From NCBI GenBank assembly GCA_050575255.1, contig JBNZDD010013689.1, positions 606,488-670,487 of the forward strand: a stretch of DNA of 64,000 nt, read 5' to 3'. How positions within the stretch are numbered: position 1 is the first letter of the stretch; every line of letters begins with the position of its first letter. The stretch is from Harriotta raleighana. Lineage: Eukaryota. The notes beneath the pieces were generated by a model. The model ran no database searches, was not told the origin of the DNA, and saw nothing but the letters and a program-made list of their open reading frames with translations. A program made the position numbers and the translations under genes. Below, in pieces: positions 12,201 through 27,200 of the stretch.

Positions 12201-15200
12201 AATGGATGGCTTTGACTTGGCGGGAAAACCAAATAGAATATTGCTTAAATAGGTTGGATGTTTCTGACTATTCATTTGGCTTCACTATTTTAGAACATTA
12301 TGCTGAGACTAAGGGAATTGTATTTTTGGAGCCAGGAAGAAGTGTAATGTACATTCCTATTGAGGTCTAATAGGTGACAGAAGCCAGAGCAGTCTGTTTA
12401 TGTAAGCATGAATACTAGATGTTAATGCTAATAATGTTAATAGGTTCAGAAAAGTGATGTGGAATGTTTCATCTTCTGTTTTTCACTACCCTAGCTCAAA
12501 AGAATTCCTCATTCTGCTTAGATCAGAAACTGAGACCTAATGGAGGAAAAACCTGTATTCTACTATGTATAGATCATGACAAGTTCCACGATGCAGTTAG
12601 GAATACCGAATGCTCTCCTAGATATTTTGCATGCTCATGTTGCTTCTTAAGCTAATTTGCAAAGATAATGAGCGGTTTGAGACATTTATGTGACAAGACA
12701 TGTATGCAGCTATATTCAAGTTGCTTGATAGAAGAGCAAAGTTAATATGTGAAGAAACATATCAGGTTTGGCTGAGCCAGTTCTTAAACCCGCTGTAAGA
12801 TTAAGCAGTGCTATTTAGTTGTGCTAAGCTTGGTGTCTATATACCAGTATAACCACGGAATTTAGGTGCAGAAATCAGCTGTGCGGAGTGATGCGAAGGA
12901 GGCCATCACTTCCGGACAGATGGAAGCAATGTCTTTGGTGTGGTTTTGTTCCATTATCTTCTATCAGGTGGCTATGACTAGCATTGTTGGTGATATGCCA
13001 TAGTGCTCTTAAGATAAAGGCTTAAATTTAAACTTGTAAGGTTTGAAACATAGAGAAGGGGAAGATTGTATATGCATGTTGTGTTGGAAGTCGGAGGCTA
13101 TTCAGTTAATCATTTAACAGCATGCTTCAACTTTGTTTTGAATATATTACAGGATGCTACTGTGGTTCCTCATCTGATGTCTTTACTCAGTCGATCTCGA
13201 TACACACAGGAGTATATCTGCCAGATCTTCTCACACTGCTGCAAGGTTAGAGGCTTTAACCACAGACAGTCCTAATTCTAGGTCTGAGGGTATACGTTGA
13301 TCGTTTAAGTGACACTTTAAAGAGATGCCACATCTTTAGATCATTTTACATTGCATTATGTTAAATTATTTGTGAAAGGAACTGGTCCACATTTTAAGGT
13401 GTACGTCAATATTTGATGATCTTAGGAAAGTACTTATTAACAAGTTTAACATTAAATTGTAAGGAAGTGTCATTTTCGAACAGTTTTATTTAGTTTCTAC
13501 AAGTGATGAGATTAAAAATGCTAAACATGAAAGTAAAGTTATTTTTCATTTGTTTTATCCTTCACATGTGTATCATCCAGCCAGGAGAAAATCAGTTGTT
13601 GTACTTCTTCTGTTATTTTCTCCCCTCTCCCAGATCAGAAAGGTTACGATAATCTGTTTTTTTACAGACTCCAGAACACCAGGCCGTCTTGTTCACCAAT
13701 GGTGCGGTACAGAATATTGCACATCTACTGACGTCACCTTCATACAAAGTAAGTGAAAATTGCATTTAACTTTTTTTTTAAAAAGTACTGAAGAAACACT
13801 GACCTGGAAATCAGTTGCATCTAAGGTTCAGTATAAATATCTAGTCTTATTTTCCACATTCTTGATTAGTGGTGGTACATAACATATATTTGGAATCATT
13901 TTGAATTTTAGAATTAATTTTAAGCTTGTTTTGGTTATGGACATTTTAACAGAATTTGATTATTCATTTTTGCACAGGTTCAGATGCAGGCACTAAAATG
14001 CTTTTCAGTTTTGGCCTATGAAAATCCTCAGGTTTCATTGACTCTTGTAAATGGTGAGTTTTTTGGGGCGAAAACTGTCCACTTGTGTTTTGTCTTTTGT
14101 GTTTTGTCAGTATTTTTTCCACTAGGATTAATGCCTGATTTACAGGTTTACTTTGTGACAGTTGAAATGGATCTGTTCAAAGCAGTATGTATAATATAGA
14201 ATATGCTCTTCTGATTTTAGTGTTGGTAGATGGAGAATTATTACCCCAAGTATTTGTGAAGATGATGCAGAGGGATAAACCTATTGAAATGCAGCTGACA
14301 TCTGCAAAATGGTATCTACTCAGACTTTTTCAACAATGACATTTACCTCTTGTAAATCTTTTTATAGTAATAAAATGATTCTTGCACTTAAAATAGCAAC
14401 TTTCACTCTTGTTATAAGAGACATTTTTTCCTTTAAATTGAAGCGAAGGAGCCTTTCTGATAGAACTCTGGATTGCAACAATGTGCAGAATATTGCACTA
14501 ATTGTTAGAAGATTATTAGTTATTTTATGATATTAACTGAGTCTGTAAAACTTTGTTGTCTAACATATAATTGACTAAGTTCAAGAATGGAATTTAAGAT
14601 ATGCAGAAAATGGGTCTTTTTGTTCTGTAACTTTCATTGCAATCTTACCTTCCAGTTTGACTTACATGTGCAGAGCTGGAGCAATTCGGACTGATGACAA
14701 TAGTATAGTTTTAAAGGTTCGTATGACATTTCAATAATATATTTACTCCATTTCAATTGTTGAGGATAGTAGTTGTGGAAGTGTATCATAACTACAACAA
14801 CAACAAATTTACATTTCTAGAGTGCCTTTCCCATCGGGAGGATTGATTATTTCAGGACGCTCAGTCCTTATATCAGCAGGAATGTGTTCAAGCTAAATTG
14901 TATTTGCTTTCAATATCAGTCCTGTGTTGGTCAGTAGAGGGCACTTGTGCACTTCAGTAAAGCAGGCATATTAACATCTTGGAGAGTCCCAGTTTGCTGT
15001 GAGAGTACAGAAGTTAACACGTGCTATGATAACAACAACAACAACTTGCATTTATATAGCGTGCTTCTTGGCAGGTGGCGCCTCAAAAAGCTTGATAAAC
15101 AAGGAAACAAAAGATCACTATTTCTAATGTTGAATTCTCAATTCAGATGAAAATCCACATTTGTTTCATTTTTTGAAAGAAGTTGCAAGGGTAGAAGGGT

Positions 15201-18200
15201 ACGAAAGTTAGTCTTTGCATTTGAAATAGTATCTCACCATATTGAAACGTCTCAATGCGTTCACTGTGAGGCGCAGTGCGTGTATTTGTAGGCAACTACT
15301 TCAGCCAATCTGTACGCGGTTACGTCAAGACAAATAGCCATGTTTGACCAATACTTTCAGGAGAATTATTGGCCAGGACCCTGGGGGAGATTTCCTTCTC
15401 TATTTGGATAGTAGAATCATAGGAATGTTATCCAGGAGAGGATCCCTGCTGTTTTTAAATAGAGTTGTAGGATTTTAATGTCCCACCTTTAGAGGCAGAA
15501 AGGATCTTAACTTGTCATTGGAATGAATGAACCTCTGAAAACCAGTTCAGAATTGGAATGTCAGCCATGCCTGCGAGTTCACAGTTCCATTGTAGCGCTT
15601 AAACCCACAACTTTCTGACTGAATCAATCAATCAATGAAGAGGCAAGAGGTTTATCATGTGAGCCAGCTGTTTTTATTGTTGTTCAACAACAACAACTTG
15701 TATTTATACACTCCTGGTGTGAGTGCTCAACGATGTCAGAGCCCGAAGCTGAGCTAATGGGGTGTCGAGGCGTGGTTGACGAGAAATAACTTAATGCGCA
15801 ACTTGAAGATGGGGAGGGAGAGGGCGGGGTGAAGGAGTTTCAGGGCATATTGGCTGAAGGCTCGGCCGCCGATTGTAGAGTGGAGGATTCGGGGGATGAG
15901 AAGTTTGTGAGAGCAATTTTTGTGTTCATTTCCAACAATAACAGCAACAACAACAAAATTACACTGATATAACACCTTTCACGTCAGGAAGACATCCCAA
16001 TGCGCTGACCAGAAGCCCCGTCTAAAATTTCTCAGTGTGAATCATCCTGCCATCTCTCATGCCTTAGCCCGTGAAGAAATGACTTCTTGATGATGTGTGC
16101 AACCTAATTAACTTTACAAAATTTCTCTCTGTTCCAGACACTCCCGTGCTTGGTCAGGATGTGCAGTAAGGAAAGGCTGCTGGAGGAGCGTGTGGAAGGG
16201 GCTGAAACCTTGGCTTATCTGATAGAACCAGACGTGGAACTACAGAGGATTGCCAGCATCACAGATCATCTTATTGCAATGCTTGCAGATTACTTCAAAT
16301 ATCCCAGCTCAGTCAGTGCAATCACGGATATAAAAAGGGTACGTTTTCATCTGGATAATTTACAGTATAATCAATATTAACTTTTTAAAATTAATAATCA
16401 TAATAATCCTTGCAGTTGATACAGTGACTTATCATGTCTTCGAGAAGTCTCAAAGTGATTCACAGTATATACTGTAAAATGAATTGACTGTATATTTTGT
16501 GGGTTGAACAATGATCACAGTAAATAACTTGATTGTGACATTAAAACAGACAAGACTTTCTGGTGAGCATAGAAATATTGGGTATGTCATGAAAATAAAT
16601 AGCTAAAATCAGACCAAATTAAAAAAAAGTTTTGTCAAATGGATTTAATTTTGTTCATCGCCGTGTGTATTGCACCAATTGAGCTTAATAAATAAGTGAC
16701 AGTACAAACCATGTTGATTTTTATCTTTCTTAAGTGCTGTTCTTTCCTGATGTTCCTCAGCTCGACCATGACCTCAAACATGCTCATGAACTTCGCCAAG
16801 CTGCGTTCAAGTTGTATGCCTCCCTTGGAGCGAATGATGAAGACATCCGGAAGAAGGTGAGTCTGGGAGAAGGGCGTCCCCCGGTCCTGGCAACCAACAG
16901 GCAGGGAGTGACGTCAACCTGAGAAGGTGAAGAGAATTAACAGTGACTTTACGAAAGAGCATAAACAGATGTGAAGAATGAATGGGATTGAGACTCGTTT
17001 TGTCTAGAGAAATGAGTTGTGACATGTTCATGTTGGAATGACAAATGCTGGTGTTTCCTGTGTTTGAACCTACACCGGATCCTTAAGTTACATTCTTTGC
17101 ATGAGTTCATAACAATAGTAACAATATAAACCACTGTGAAGTGTAGTGTATAGTACTGACTCACGTAATACAGTAGTTCTGTAATGTCAGTTATATAAAT
17201 GCTTGCCTACTTACCTGCTGCAAACCGGAAGTACTCAGCTTCTGTTTCTGTATCAACTTTAATTTGTGGCCTGCTGATGTGTTGATTTGTGTTGCTGATG
17301 TGCAAGTTTCATTGTAAATAAAGCTTTGTGCAATGACATTGCTGGTAGCTTGTTTTCTGAATCTCCAGTGAACCGAAACACTACTTCCAAGTAACTTTTG
17401 AGTAACTAAATATCGTTTGAGTTCTTAGTGAGGTGAACTATCAACTAGTAAAATAGTACCGTACAGATTAATTTTTAGTTAAATTAGGCAGGAGTATGTT
17501 GTCTGTGTAGCCGGCAAGGTGAGGGAGAACAGTGTTGGAAAATGTTCATACTCCCATATTCTTCTGGTAATGTGCCTTCATTCCCAACTTAAGCGCAATC
17601 TTTTACTGGAACAGTGTAACATTACATGATTTACTGACGCTTATCTTTGTGCTATCAATGAGCAAGGTCGCAGCACCAAACAGTGCTGTGGACTTTGTTT
17701 ATGAAATTGAACAGAGTGTGACCAAGATAAATCTCCTCATCAGGAGCAAGTTGTTCTCTATATCTGGCCTGGAAAGGACCTCAGAATGAGGTTCTGTCAA
17801 AGCCATCTAGAAGTGGTCACAGCAATTATTTTGGTTTAACCTTAAAATGTGATTTTGTTCATTTAGAATGGGCAAACCACTTAACCAGAGTCACTTTCCG
17901 AGGGACCAAAAAAAGGTGAGGATTTATGGTGAACAACGCAGATAATTCAGAATCTGATCAATCGGCTATTGTACCTGCGACGGAGCATAATTTAAGTGAC
18001 TTTTTTCTAGTGTGAAAGTCCTTTTGATAGTCAGAGTCCCTTTGTGCAATACTGTATTCTATGGGCCTGAATTTTCCATCCACCGGTGTAATTTGAGAAT
18101 TGGATGCGTTTGTTGTGAAATGGTTAATATTTTGTTTAGTCATAGTGCAGGGAATCAGAAGTGCAATACTATAATACATTAATACAACTCTCGGTTCATG

Positions 18201-21200
18201 GGACTCAGCTGGTAGGCCAGAATATTGATGCGCCGGTAAGTGTCTGGGGTTTGCGGGGGAGAGGAACAGAGGACAGTGCTATTATTTCTATATATAAAAA
18301 AATGCAAAGTTCTTGCTCTCGTTGTCGCACTTATTTTTATTTCGAAAGGAACTTGGTAACTTGCTGGGAAGCTTGTGGAAATTGGTGTAAAAGCCCTTAA
18401 GACATGTTTAGTAATCCATTTCTGCGAATTTATATGTACTGATATAATTTAATATATTCAGTTGCAGTTGTCATATTGCCCACAGAAAAGATTTGTTACT
18501 CTGGTAAACAGTGGGTTTTATGCCAATTGCCAACACATATTAAATGCAGATTTGTTTTATTGACTTGTAAATCTTTATTTTCACTCATTACTGTACCTAT
18601 AGAATAGTTTTCTCATATTCCACATCAGGCAGCCCCCCCAGAGTTCCTTTGCCTCTCTCCTTCCCTTGCCTCGTTCAAGGTCCATCTAAAAATCTTCCTT
18701 TTTCTCCAACTTTTTCGGTCATCTTCTCCTCTCTCCCTCTTTGTCTCCATCCATCCTGAATCCAATCCTCGACTCAGGTGCAAATCTCCCTCGACTGTCC
18801 AGTGGCTCAGGATATCTTCCCAACGTGAAACACGTTATTTGTTTTTCAAGTTGTTGTAATTATTTGTTTAATCTAAACTTAAAAAAAGAGTTGATTTACC
18901 ACGTCACAAAATATTTTCTGAAGCTATTGTTGTAACCTGCACTTGGTACCTCATAGCATGCAGAATTCTTCTAAACATTTCACCTCAGGTGTCGGAATCC
19001 TACCCTCCTCAACATCCTTGATCTGTTACGCCTCATTCAGAACTGCCTCCTAAACTGTATAGTCAGTTCATCCTCATGCAGTATTCCCTGATATTTTTGC
19101 TTGCATTGTAAACAAAAGTAGATACCAGGAGATTAATGGCAAGGGTAGGCCACAGTTGGATTTGTAATACATTATTGTAATAATGGATACAAATAATCCA
19201 TTGGTCAAGACACAACTATTTGTGAGACACTGCTGTCCGCAATTCACTGCTGCGTTTTACCTATAAATATACGGTCAATTCATTTTAAAGTATATTGTGT
19301 GAAGCCCTTTGAGACGTCTAGAAGACGTGAGAAGCGCTATATCAAATGCAAGAATTATTATTGGGCTTGTTTTATGCACACATAAAAAAACAACCAACAA
19401 GGTCTGAAATTCACTCCTGAATTAAATTATCCATTTTCACCTCTATAATTTGCCAATAGGTTGGAAAACAATCTGATACACTTGAGGCATTGGTGGTTAA
19501 CCCACAATATTAGCTTTTGCCCTGATCCGATGGTTTGATTTTGTTGAAGTCAAACCACTTTGGTTGGGCGAACTTCTGTTACTGGCTTAACTGCTCATAT
19601 AAATTGTTCAGCAACTTCAGTTGTGCTGTGCTGTCCCCTAAATTGATTGATTGTTGCTGCCCATAGAATCTTGCCCTTCTAAACTTCAGAAAGATGTATC
19701 GTGCTATGAGCCCATCAAATAAATGATGTAGTTTTGTAACAAAGTACACCCTGCTTGCCATTACAGTCGAAAAAGTAAGGCGAATATCTCATATTATGTT
19801 GTGGTGTGGAAATGTGGCAGGCGTTCGAGAGCACAATATTTTAACATGCAGAGCAAATCAGTTAAGTAATGATCTTTGAATGCCACATTTGTAGATGCGA
19901 ACTATGAGGAGCCCAAATAGCTCTATGCTTTACTTCACTGTATTGCAGTACAGCAAATTTGCCTTGATTTCTGAAGTCTATACCCCTGCGATGGGACATT
20001 TTGCCTGTGCATGTCCTCCATGAAAGATTGTAAAATCTCATCCCTTGATACATTAGAATTCAAAGAATTGTATTAACAATTGGTTAATATAATTATATTT
20101 GAATACTTATAATTTGAAGTATTGTATTTGATCCCATTATTGACACTGAAGTGAAACCAAATTGCCTAATTGCACTGAATTGGAGCTAATTTGTGGAGGT
20201 TACGTTTGACCTCTGGGGCAACTCATGGAGAAACGTTTCAGTAACTACTAACTGCAAGTTATTTAAATCTCATATCAATGCTAATGTGACTATTCAAAAA
20301 TGTTTTTCAAGTAATGGAAAATCCTAATGCTTTAAAATGTTTAGAATGAATATTTATTGGAGAATAATGAATATATCTGAGAGTGTGTTGGGGGATAAAC
20401 ATTGTATTAGGGAGTTTGGTGACATCCTGATTAACCATGGAATAATGCACAACCCTGTATACTTTTATCTAATTCTGTATTGCAGGTTTAGACGTATTTT
20501 CTCATTACTATGATGAATATTTGTGGAATGCCATTGTTTTTTGGAGGATGGCATTGCTAGTTTGAGAAAAAAAATCTCCCAGCGGTTGCACAATTTAATT
20601 TACCATACAACATACAATATAACATTGTTATACTGAAAAGTGTTGTAAGGGTGTAACATATCTAACATATCCAGAGCAGCTTGAGAATGTCATGGTATTC
20701 TGGATTAAAAATAAAATGAATAATGCATGTTACATGATATCAAACACTTATAAACTACTCTTGAGTTCTATGTCTGTAACTTGACTAAAATATTACTGAT
20801 CATTAGAGTGGTACAAAGGCTTTTTAAAGTGTTCATTATCTTATTTTTTTAGAATTCTTAAACCATTATTATTTATGGCTATGGAATTACGGTGTTAATA
20901 TTTAATTTTTTAAAACTGCCTCTTGGGAACTCTCTTGTTTTCAGTTACCTATTGCTACCCGACTATCGGGCATAAATCACAAATTTTCAAAATACACATT
21001 AACTTTTTGGGGTAGTTTTGCTTAAACATTGAGTGCTGATGATCTCTTTGAGGGGAAGGTAGGTTGGAGTTTGTTCTGCAGTGTGAAAGAATTAAATGAA
21101 TATAATAATAATAATCCTTGCATTTGTTATAGCGCTTTTCACATCTTATCAACGTCCCAAAGCGCTTCACAGAGTATACTGTAAAGTGAATTGACTGTAT

Positions 21201-24200
21201 ATTTGTGGGCGAAAAGCGGCAGCCAATTGCGCACAGCAGTGTCCTACAAACAGTCATGGATTGAAATGACTAATTTTATTATTGTAGTTTTTTTTGGAGG
21301 GATTATTATTAGGCATGTGGAGTAAGGAAACTTGCCCAAGGTTTCGCCCTGATTTGCCTGGATTCGAACACAGGTCTCACGCTTGTAAGGCATGTAAGGC
21401 AAGTGCTCTAACCACTGAGCCGTGCCTGAACTTTCTACTTAATCACTGCTTCCCTCACACTGTTGACAGTAATTGCACTCAAGCAGTAACTCTGATGTCA
21501 TTAATAGTCCATATTGGAACAAACATTGTATGGAATAGTGGTAAAGTTTTTTAAAAATGTTTTAATTATTCATTAAGATAACTGATTACTCCTATTTTCA
21601 CTGTCTAAACTGGTGCTCAGGAACATAGTTTCTTTGCACTAATGAATAACAAAGAAGTATTTAAAAAGAAATATTGTGTATTACCTTAATGATTGTCCTA
21701 AGTTATAATGAACCTTTATAGTGCATTCTCCGCATCTCTGATTCTTTGCAGTTTGTTTGGATATTGCTGTCCATTTTCTAAAACCTTCTGGAACTCCATC
21801 CCATATTCCCTTTGCTTCGCTCCTTTCCTTGACTCCTTCAGGGCACATCTCAGAACCCTCCTCTTTGACCGTGTCTTTGGCTACCCACCTACACTCCACC
21901 CTCCGTGATCCCAAAATCCCAAACCCCCCTCATCCCTGCTCAGGTCCTAATCCCTGACTGTTCAGTGCCTTGAGATGTCCTCCTGAAATGAACATAATTT
22001 TGTAATTTTGCATTGTACAATTGTGTGATTCAAAATTAGTTTTAAAGTTGGAGATAAATAACCTTAATTATACATATCGAAGCAAAATAAGCAAGTCTAG
22101 GCCCTATACTGATCTACATTTACATTCCCTCATTGTGGGGCAGGGAGTAATCATTCATGTGTTTATACTGTCCTATCCCAGCACTGTACAAAGCTAACAA
22201 AGTAACTACAAAGTTCTCTGATCCCATTTGGGAAGTGAAAGTTGAAAAATCTTGACGCTTATTATGGTGTTACAACTAACCATTTTAACAGCTCAGGTAC
22301 CTGGAACTAGCTTGAGGAGAGGCTTTGAAGCATGATTTGTGCCTTCTGGTGTTTTCACTGGAGAAACATTTAGTCTAGGAGAGAAGAAAATAACGAAAAT
22401 GCTGTAACTTCAGTATTTTGTTTATACTATAATAATAATCTTTGATTTGATAAAGTGCTTTTCACATCTTCTAGGTGTCTCAAAATGCTTTACAGACTAT
22501 ATTGTAAAGTGATTTGACTGTATATTTGTGGGCGAAATGCAGCAACCAATTGCGCACAGCAGTTTATACTATGAATGGAGTTAATGCACTTTCAGCAAAA
22601 TTAAAATATCTAATTAGTGAAGGAAAACAAGTCAACAACCCTTCTCCCCATTGAAAAACGTTTTATAATTGCTATCTTCTATGCTTGCATTCGAGTGTAA
22701 ATTAGCATTTATCATGAGGTTTATTCTGCTACAGGAAATCTTTATTGTGCATTTAGTAGCCTCATGCTACTAGGTTTCGAGTTGAGGTGCTGCTTGTCTA
22801 GTTCTTGTAGGAAGCCATTTCAGCAAATTGCATTGCTTATCATTTGCAAATTCGAGAGAGCTGAAATATATTCCAGAACTAACAAGAACGTCGACCATGT
22901 GAATAGAAGCTCATTATATACACTCCTTGAGGGAAAGTAATCTGTTCGATAGCTAACTTTGGGTGAAGAGCATATATTTATTTTAACTGACAAGGCTTTT
23001 AATGGAACAGATTAAGTGCGGTTTACTGCTGGAAAGTCACTTCTAGATGTGCTGAGGACATTTCCTTAGTTCGGCAAGAATTTCAATTGCGAACTGCTGC
23101 GTTTAGGAATCCATTTCTTCCAGTGGGGAAGTCACTGAATGCTTGTGCTCAGAAAACCTTTAATGATGCCTGGCATGCAACAGACCTGAAGTTTACCTGA
23201 GGCATTTTCACTTGTGCTTTTGAAATGTACTTAGTCACAATATGTAGTTACTTACCTACCAGCTGTCGTGCTGCTGAATTTTATGCTTTGTGTTTGCTAT
23301 GAATTTCAAAATGTGGTATTTGGCCAGTATATATTTCAGAGCTCATTCTTTTAGAATTAGCAAATGATGGTATTTCATAAATACATGAATAAATAGTTAA
23401 AAGCTCAATTTTTCAAACATGAGCACAATACTGTGGCTTACAGACACTTAAATGACCATATTTTGATTTAACAGGTGCATATTTTATCCTGATGTATTAG
23501 TCTTTGAGACTAATTATATAAATATAATATATAAATAAAAATAAAATAAATGATATAATTCCTATCATATTAATTTTACTGATCTACAAAACACTAAATT
23601 CCTCTGCATTTATATTTTAAGACCTGCAGCCTGCATGAATACCCTTTGACGAATTCTGCAGCTGTACTGAGCTGCCTCCGTATTTCAGCATTATGTTTAC
23701 TGCCAATTTCAACATTTTCTATGGGTTTTTATCATATAAATTTTGTTTTAATGTGTCTTTACAGAGTGAGTTAAAAGGCTGCAATGTTGAAATTCAGATG
23801 AAGTCTTGTGAACAACATCCTTTGAGCTTCCTTGATTTGAGAGCGTGGTTGAAATGGGAGGTGGTATTAACTGTGGTACCTCAGGGGTCCATTGCTAAGA
23901 TTCTCTCCTGTTTCCAGTGCACATAAAACCTACAATTTCACAGTCAATATATGGTAGTTAGGCATAAACACAGTCAAATCACTTCACAGTATGTCCGTGA
24001 TGTGCTTTGAGACATCTAGCAGATGTGAAAATCCATTGATTATTATTAACATAATGCCAAGCTGGTTTGGGGGACAGGGAGCAGATAGAATTGAAATTAG
24101 GAAGCAGTAGGATTTTCCAAACCAGTTCAGTGTAATTTAACGTAAGATATTGCGGCTAGAAATACAAACAGCCACAGGTTTTCCATAGATTTGACTGAAC

Positions 24201-27200
24201 TTGCAACAGATGAAGTTGAAAGAGACCCTCGAGTTATCAGTTGACTAATTGCTTACCATGCCAAACCGTGTTAGACACAGTAAAATAAGTGAACAACATG
24301 TTAGTCTGCATTGCTAATTCGGATCCCAGAAGTCATACTCTGGCTATTCTACACTGTGCTGTTTAAACTGTGCTTGGGAATTGTTTCATAAAATTATATT
24401 TTCGTGTTGACATAAGTGCCTTTTCCTTCTCTCTACTCCTTCCCCACCACATTACAAAATTTCACATTTTTATCCTAAATTTGTTGTATGGCATTAGTGC
24501 AACTTTTGCATCCTGGCTTTCCGGAAGTCTTAGTATGAATGACTGCAACATGGCTTGCAATACACAACAATCAAAAATGTTGTGGATTTATTTATTTGTT
24601 TGACCATCTCTACAAAGCCATGACTCAGGTATCCATCCATCCATTCCAGTCCAGTCCAGGGCAGGAGCAGTTACCTATTGAAGCAAGCTTCACAGCGACA
24701 CAGTTCATTACTGGAATAGCTGCTGTTGTCAAGTCATGACAGAGCTGCTGTCGTCTTGACTCCATGGGTGGCCACTTGCTGATTGATTGCTTTTTACCCT
24801 GTTGAAATCTTGCCTTTGGTGGCAGGATCCTTGCCGGGTTGTGCAGCAGGCAGCGTAGGCCACAATAATGATATGAATCCTCACTTCAGAAAAGAAACGG
24901 GTGGATCAGTATATTTACCGCCTTTTCTGGGTCAAACATACACACCTATTGTTTGCTTTGAAGCATTTCAGTCTTTTAAGAATGAACCTAATGAAAAATG
25001 ACGGGGAAACTCGTGGCTGTTCATTCTTGTGTGGATTGTAGTTTTGTTTTAAATACCTCAGTAAATGCAATGAAATTGCATCTACTTTGCTTATTTATAC
25101 CACGTTCGTTTTTCTTCTAGATAATCGAGACTGAAACTATGATGGACCGCATTGTCACTGGCTTATCTGAGTCTAGTATCAAAGTGCGGTTAGCTGCTGT
25201 CAGGTATGAATCCAATTAAAAGTTACTTATTTGAAACCAAATTTGTTAGTTGATTAATGAGGAGAATGATGAACTCTGGTGTAGAATTGGAAAAGTTACT
25301 GGACTGGAACTTTTAAGAATCAATTTCACAAATGGAATGGTAACACATTGTATAGATAAGTAAAAAATCACTTTTGTGCAAAATAAAACAAAATAAGTAT
25401 GAAATTAGCTGTTTAGACTGCAACTTGTCAGGTAAGGGGCAAGTAATTTTTAACAACTTGAAACCATTCTTTCTTGATCTGCCAAATGCCTCTGTCAGAT
25501 TGTGTGATTATAAATGCAGATTTTTTTTAATAACTGTTTAAATATCGGTGATCAGGGCTCTCTCTGCCTCCTTGTCCTCCTTGACCCCTTTGCTGCCTTC
25601 ACACAACAAGCACTGGCAGCATCAAACTCCATGGTTGTACACTCAACCTCACCAAGCCAGTCAGGGACCTGGGTGTTTTGTTTGATCCTCAGCTGTCTTT
25701 CCTCCCCCACATCCAAGCCTTCCCTCACCTCTGCAATATTGCCCGACTAATTCGATCAGTTTAACTACTCATTTTGTAAGTGCGCTGAGACGCTGTCCGG
25801 CGTGGAGGGCGCTATATAAGCCAAAGTTGTTGTTGTTGTTGTAAAATGGACAGTTAAAGAATGCATTGATCATAGTGACCTTGCTTACCATTTTCCGTTC
25901 CATTAGATTCAATGCATTTTAAATGTAGTCGCACTAATGTTATGCATCTTTCTCTGGCTTCGATTACTAGGTGTTTGCATAGCCTCTCCAGATCAGTACA
26001 GCAGCTACGGACAAGCTTTCAGGATCATACAGTATGGAAACCACTAATGAAGGTGCCTGGGAAGCTGGTTATATTAAAATTTCTGAATGAATGTTTAAAT
26101 ATTTAGACTTAGTTTTACATCTCAGTTGTTAACTTAATTAATCAATTTTACTTTTATGTAATGCCATTTTCTGCCAATGAAGGCCAGTAATGCATTCTGT
26201 AAATCACTCGCAGAGATGCAACTGATATTAATATTAGCTAGTTTGTGGCAGTGAATAACCACTTGCATATAAATAACTGATGGAGGGAAATGTTTGCCCA
26301 TAATGTTATAATTGGAATTATATATTGAAGTTTAAAAACTTAAAATCTTGAATCAAATTGTTGATCGTTCAACCCACAAGTCGAGGCTTTGAACTCGGTC
26401 TCCCAATGCATTCCAGACAATGTGTTGGATTGTCAAACTTGCTGTTATATGGATATTCAGGATTTTATGGGATCTCCTTATGAGTTTCTCCAGGTTTTCT
26501 GGCCAACAATCCCCACTTAAAATTGGTCATTCACTTCATGGCTGTGAAGAACAATGCTTGTGTGCAAATTTGAGATGAAATTCCAGGCAGGACGAGACTG
26601 TGGACAAGTTTTGTTACCCCACACGCCTTATAATAATACCTCGAAAAAAATCAATAATAAATTGATCATTTTCAATTCGCGACTGTTTGTGGGACACTGC
26701 TGTGCGCAATTGGCTGCTGCGTTTCGCCCACATATATAAAGTCGATTCACTTTACAGTATAATCTATGAAGTGCTTTGAGATGTCTAGAAGATGTGAAAA
26801 GTGCTATATCAAATGCAAGGATTATTTTATTAGAATTGGCTACCATGTCCGCCTGTAAAATAGTCATGACAATTTAAAGTTAATATTAATAATCTTTGCA
26901 CTTAATATAGTACCTCATTGTGTAGTTAAGAAGTCTCAAAGTGTTTCACACAATGTTCTGTAAAGTGGTGTGACTATATTTTGTGAGCGAACATGGCAGC
27001 CACTTTGTGCTACTGCAACAACAACAACAACTTGGATTTATATAGCGCTCTCCTCGCCAGACAGAGGCTCAGAGCGCTTCACAATAACGGATCCCGGGGC
27101 TGAGCCAGGTGGAAGGTGGGGGGGGGTGGAAAGGTGACCAAAAGCGCGGTCGAAACGAAAAGTCTTTAGGTGCGACCTGAAAATAGAAAAGGAGCGGGCG

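Noticed and set aside
14312-14655. Possible U12 (minor) intron, donor GTATCT
   Set aside because: The donor GTATCTACT departs from GTATCCTTT and there is no clear TTCCTTAAC branch site; treated as U2.
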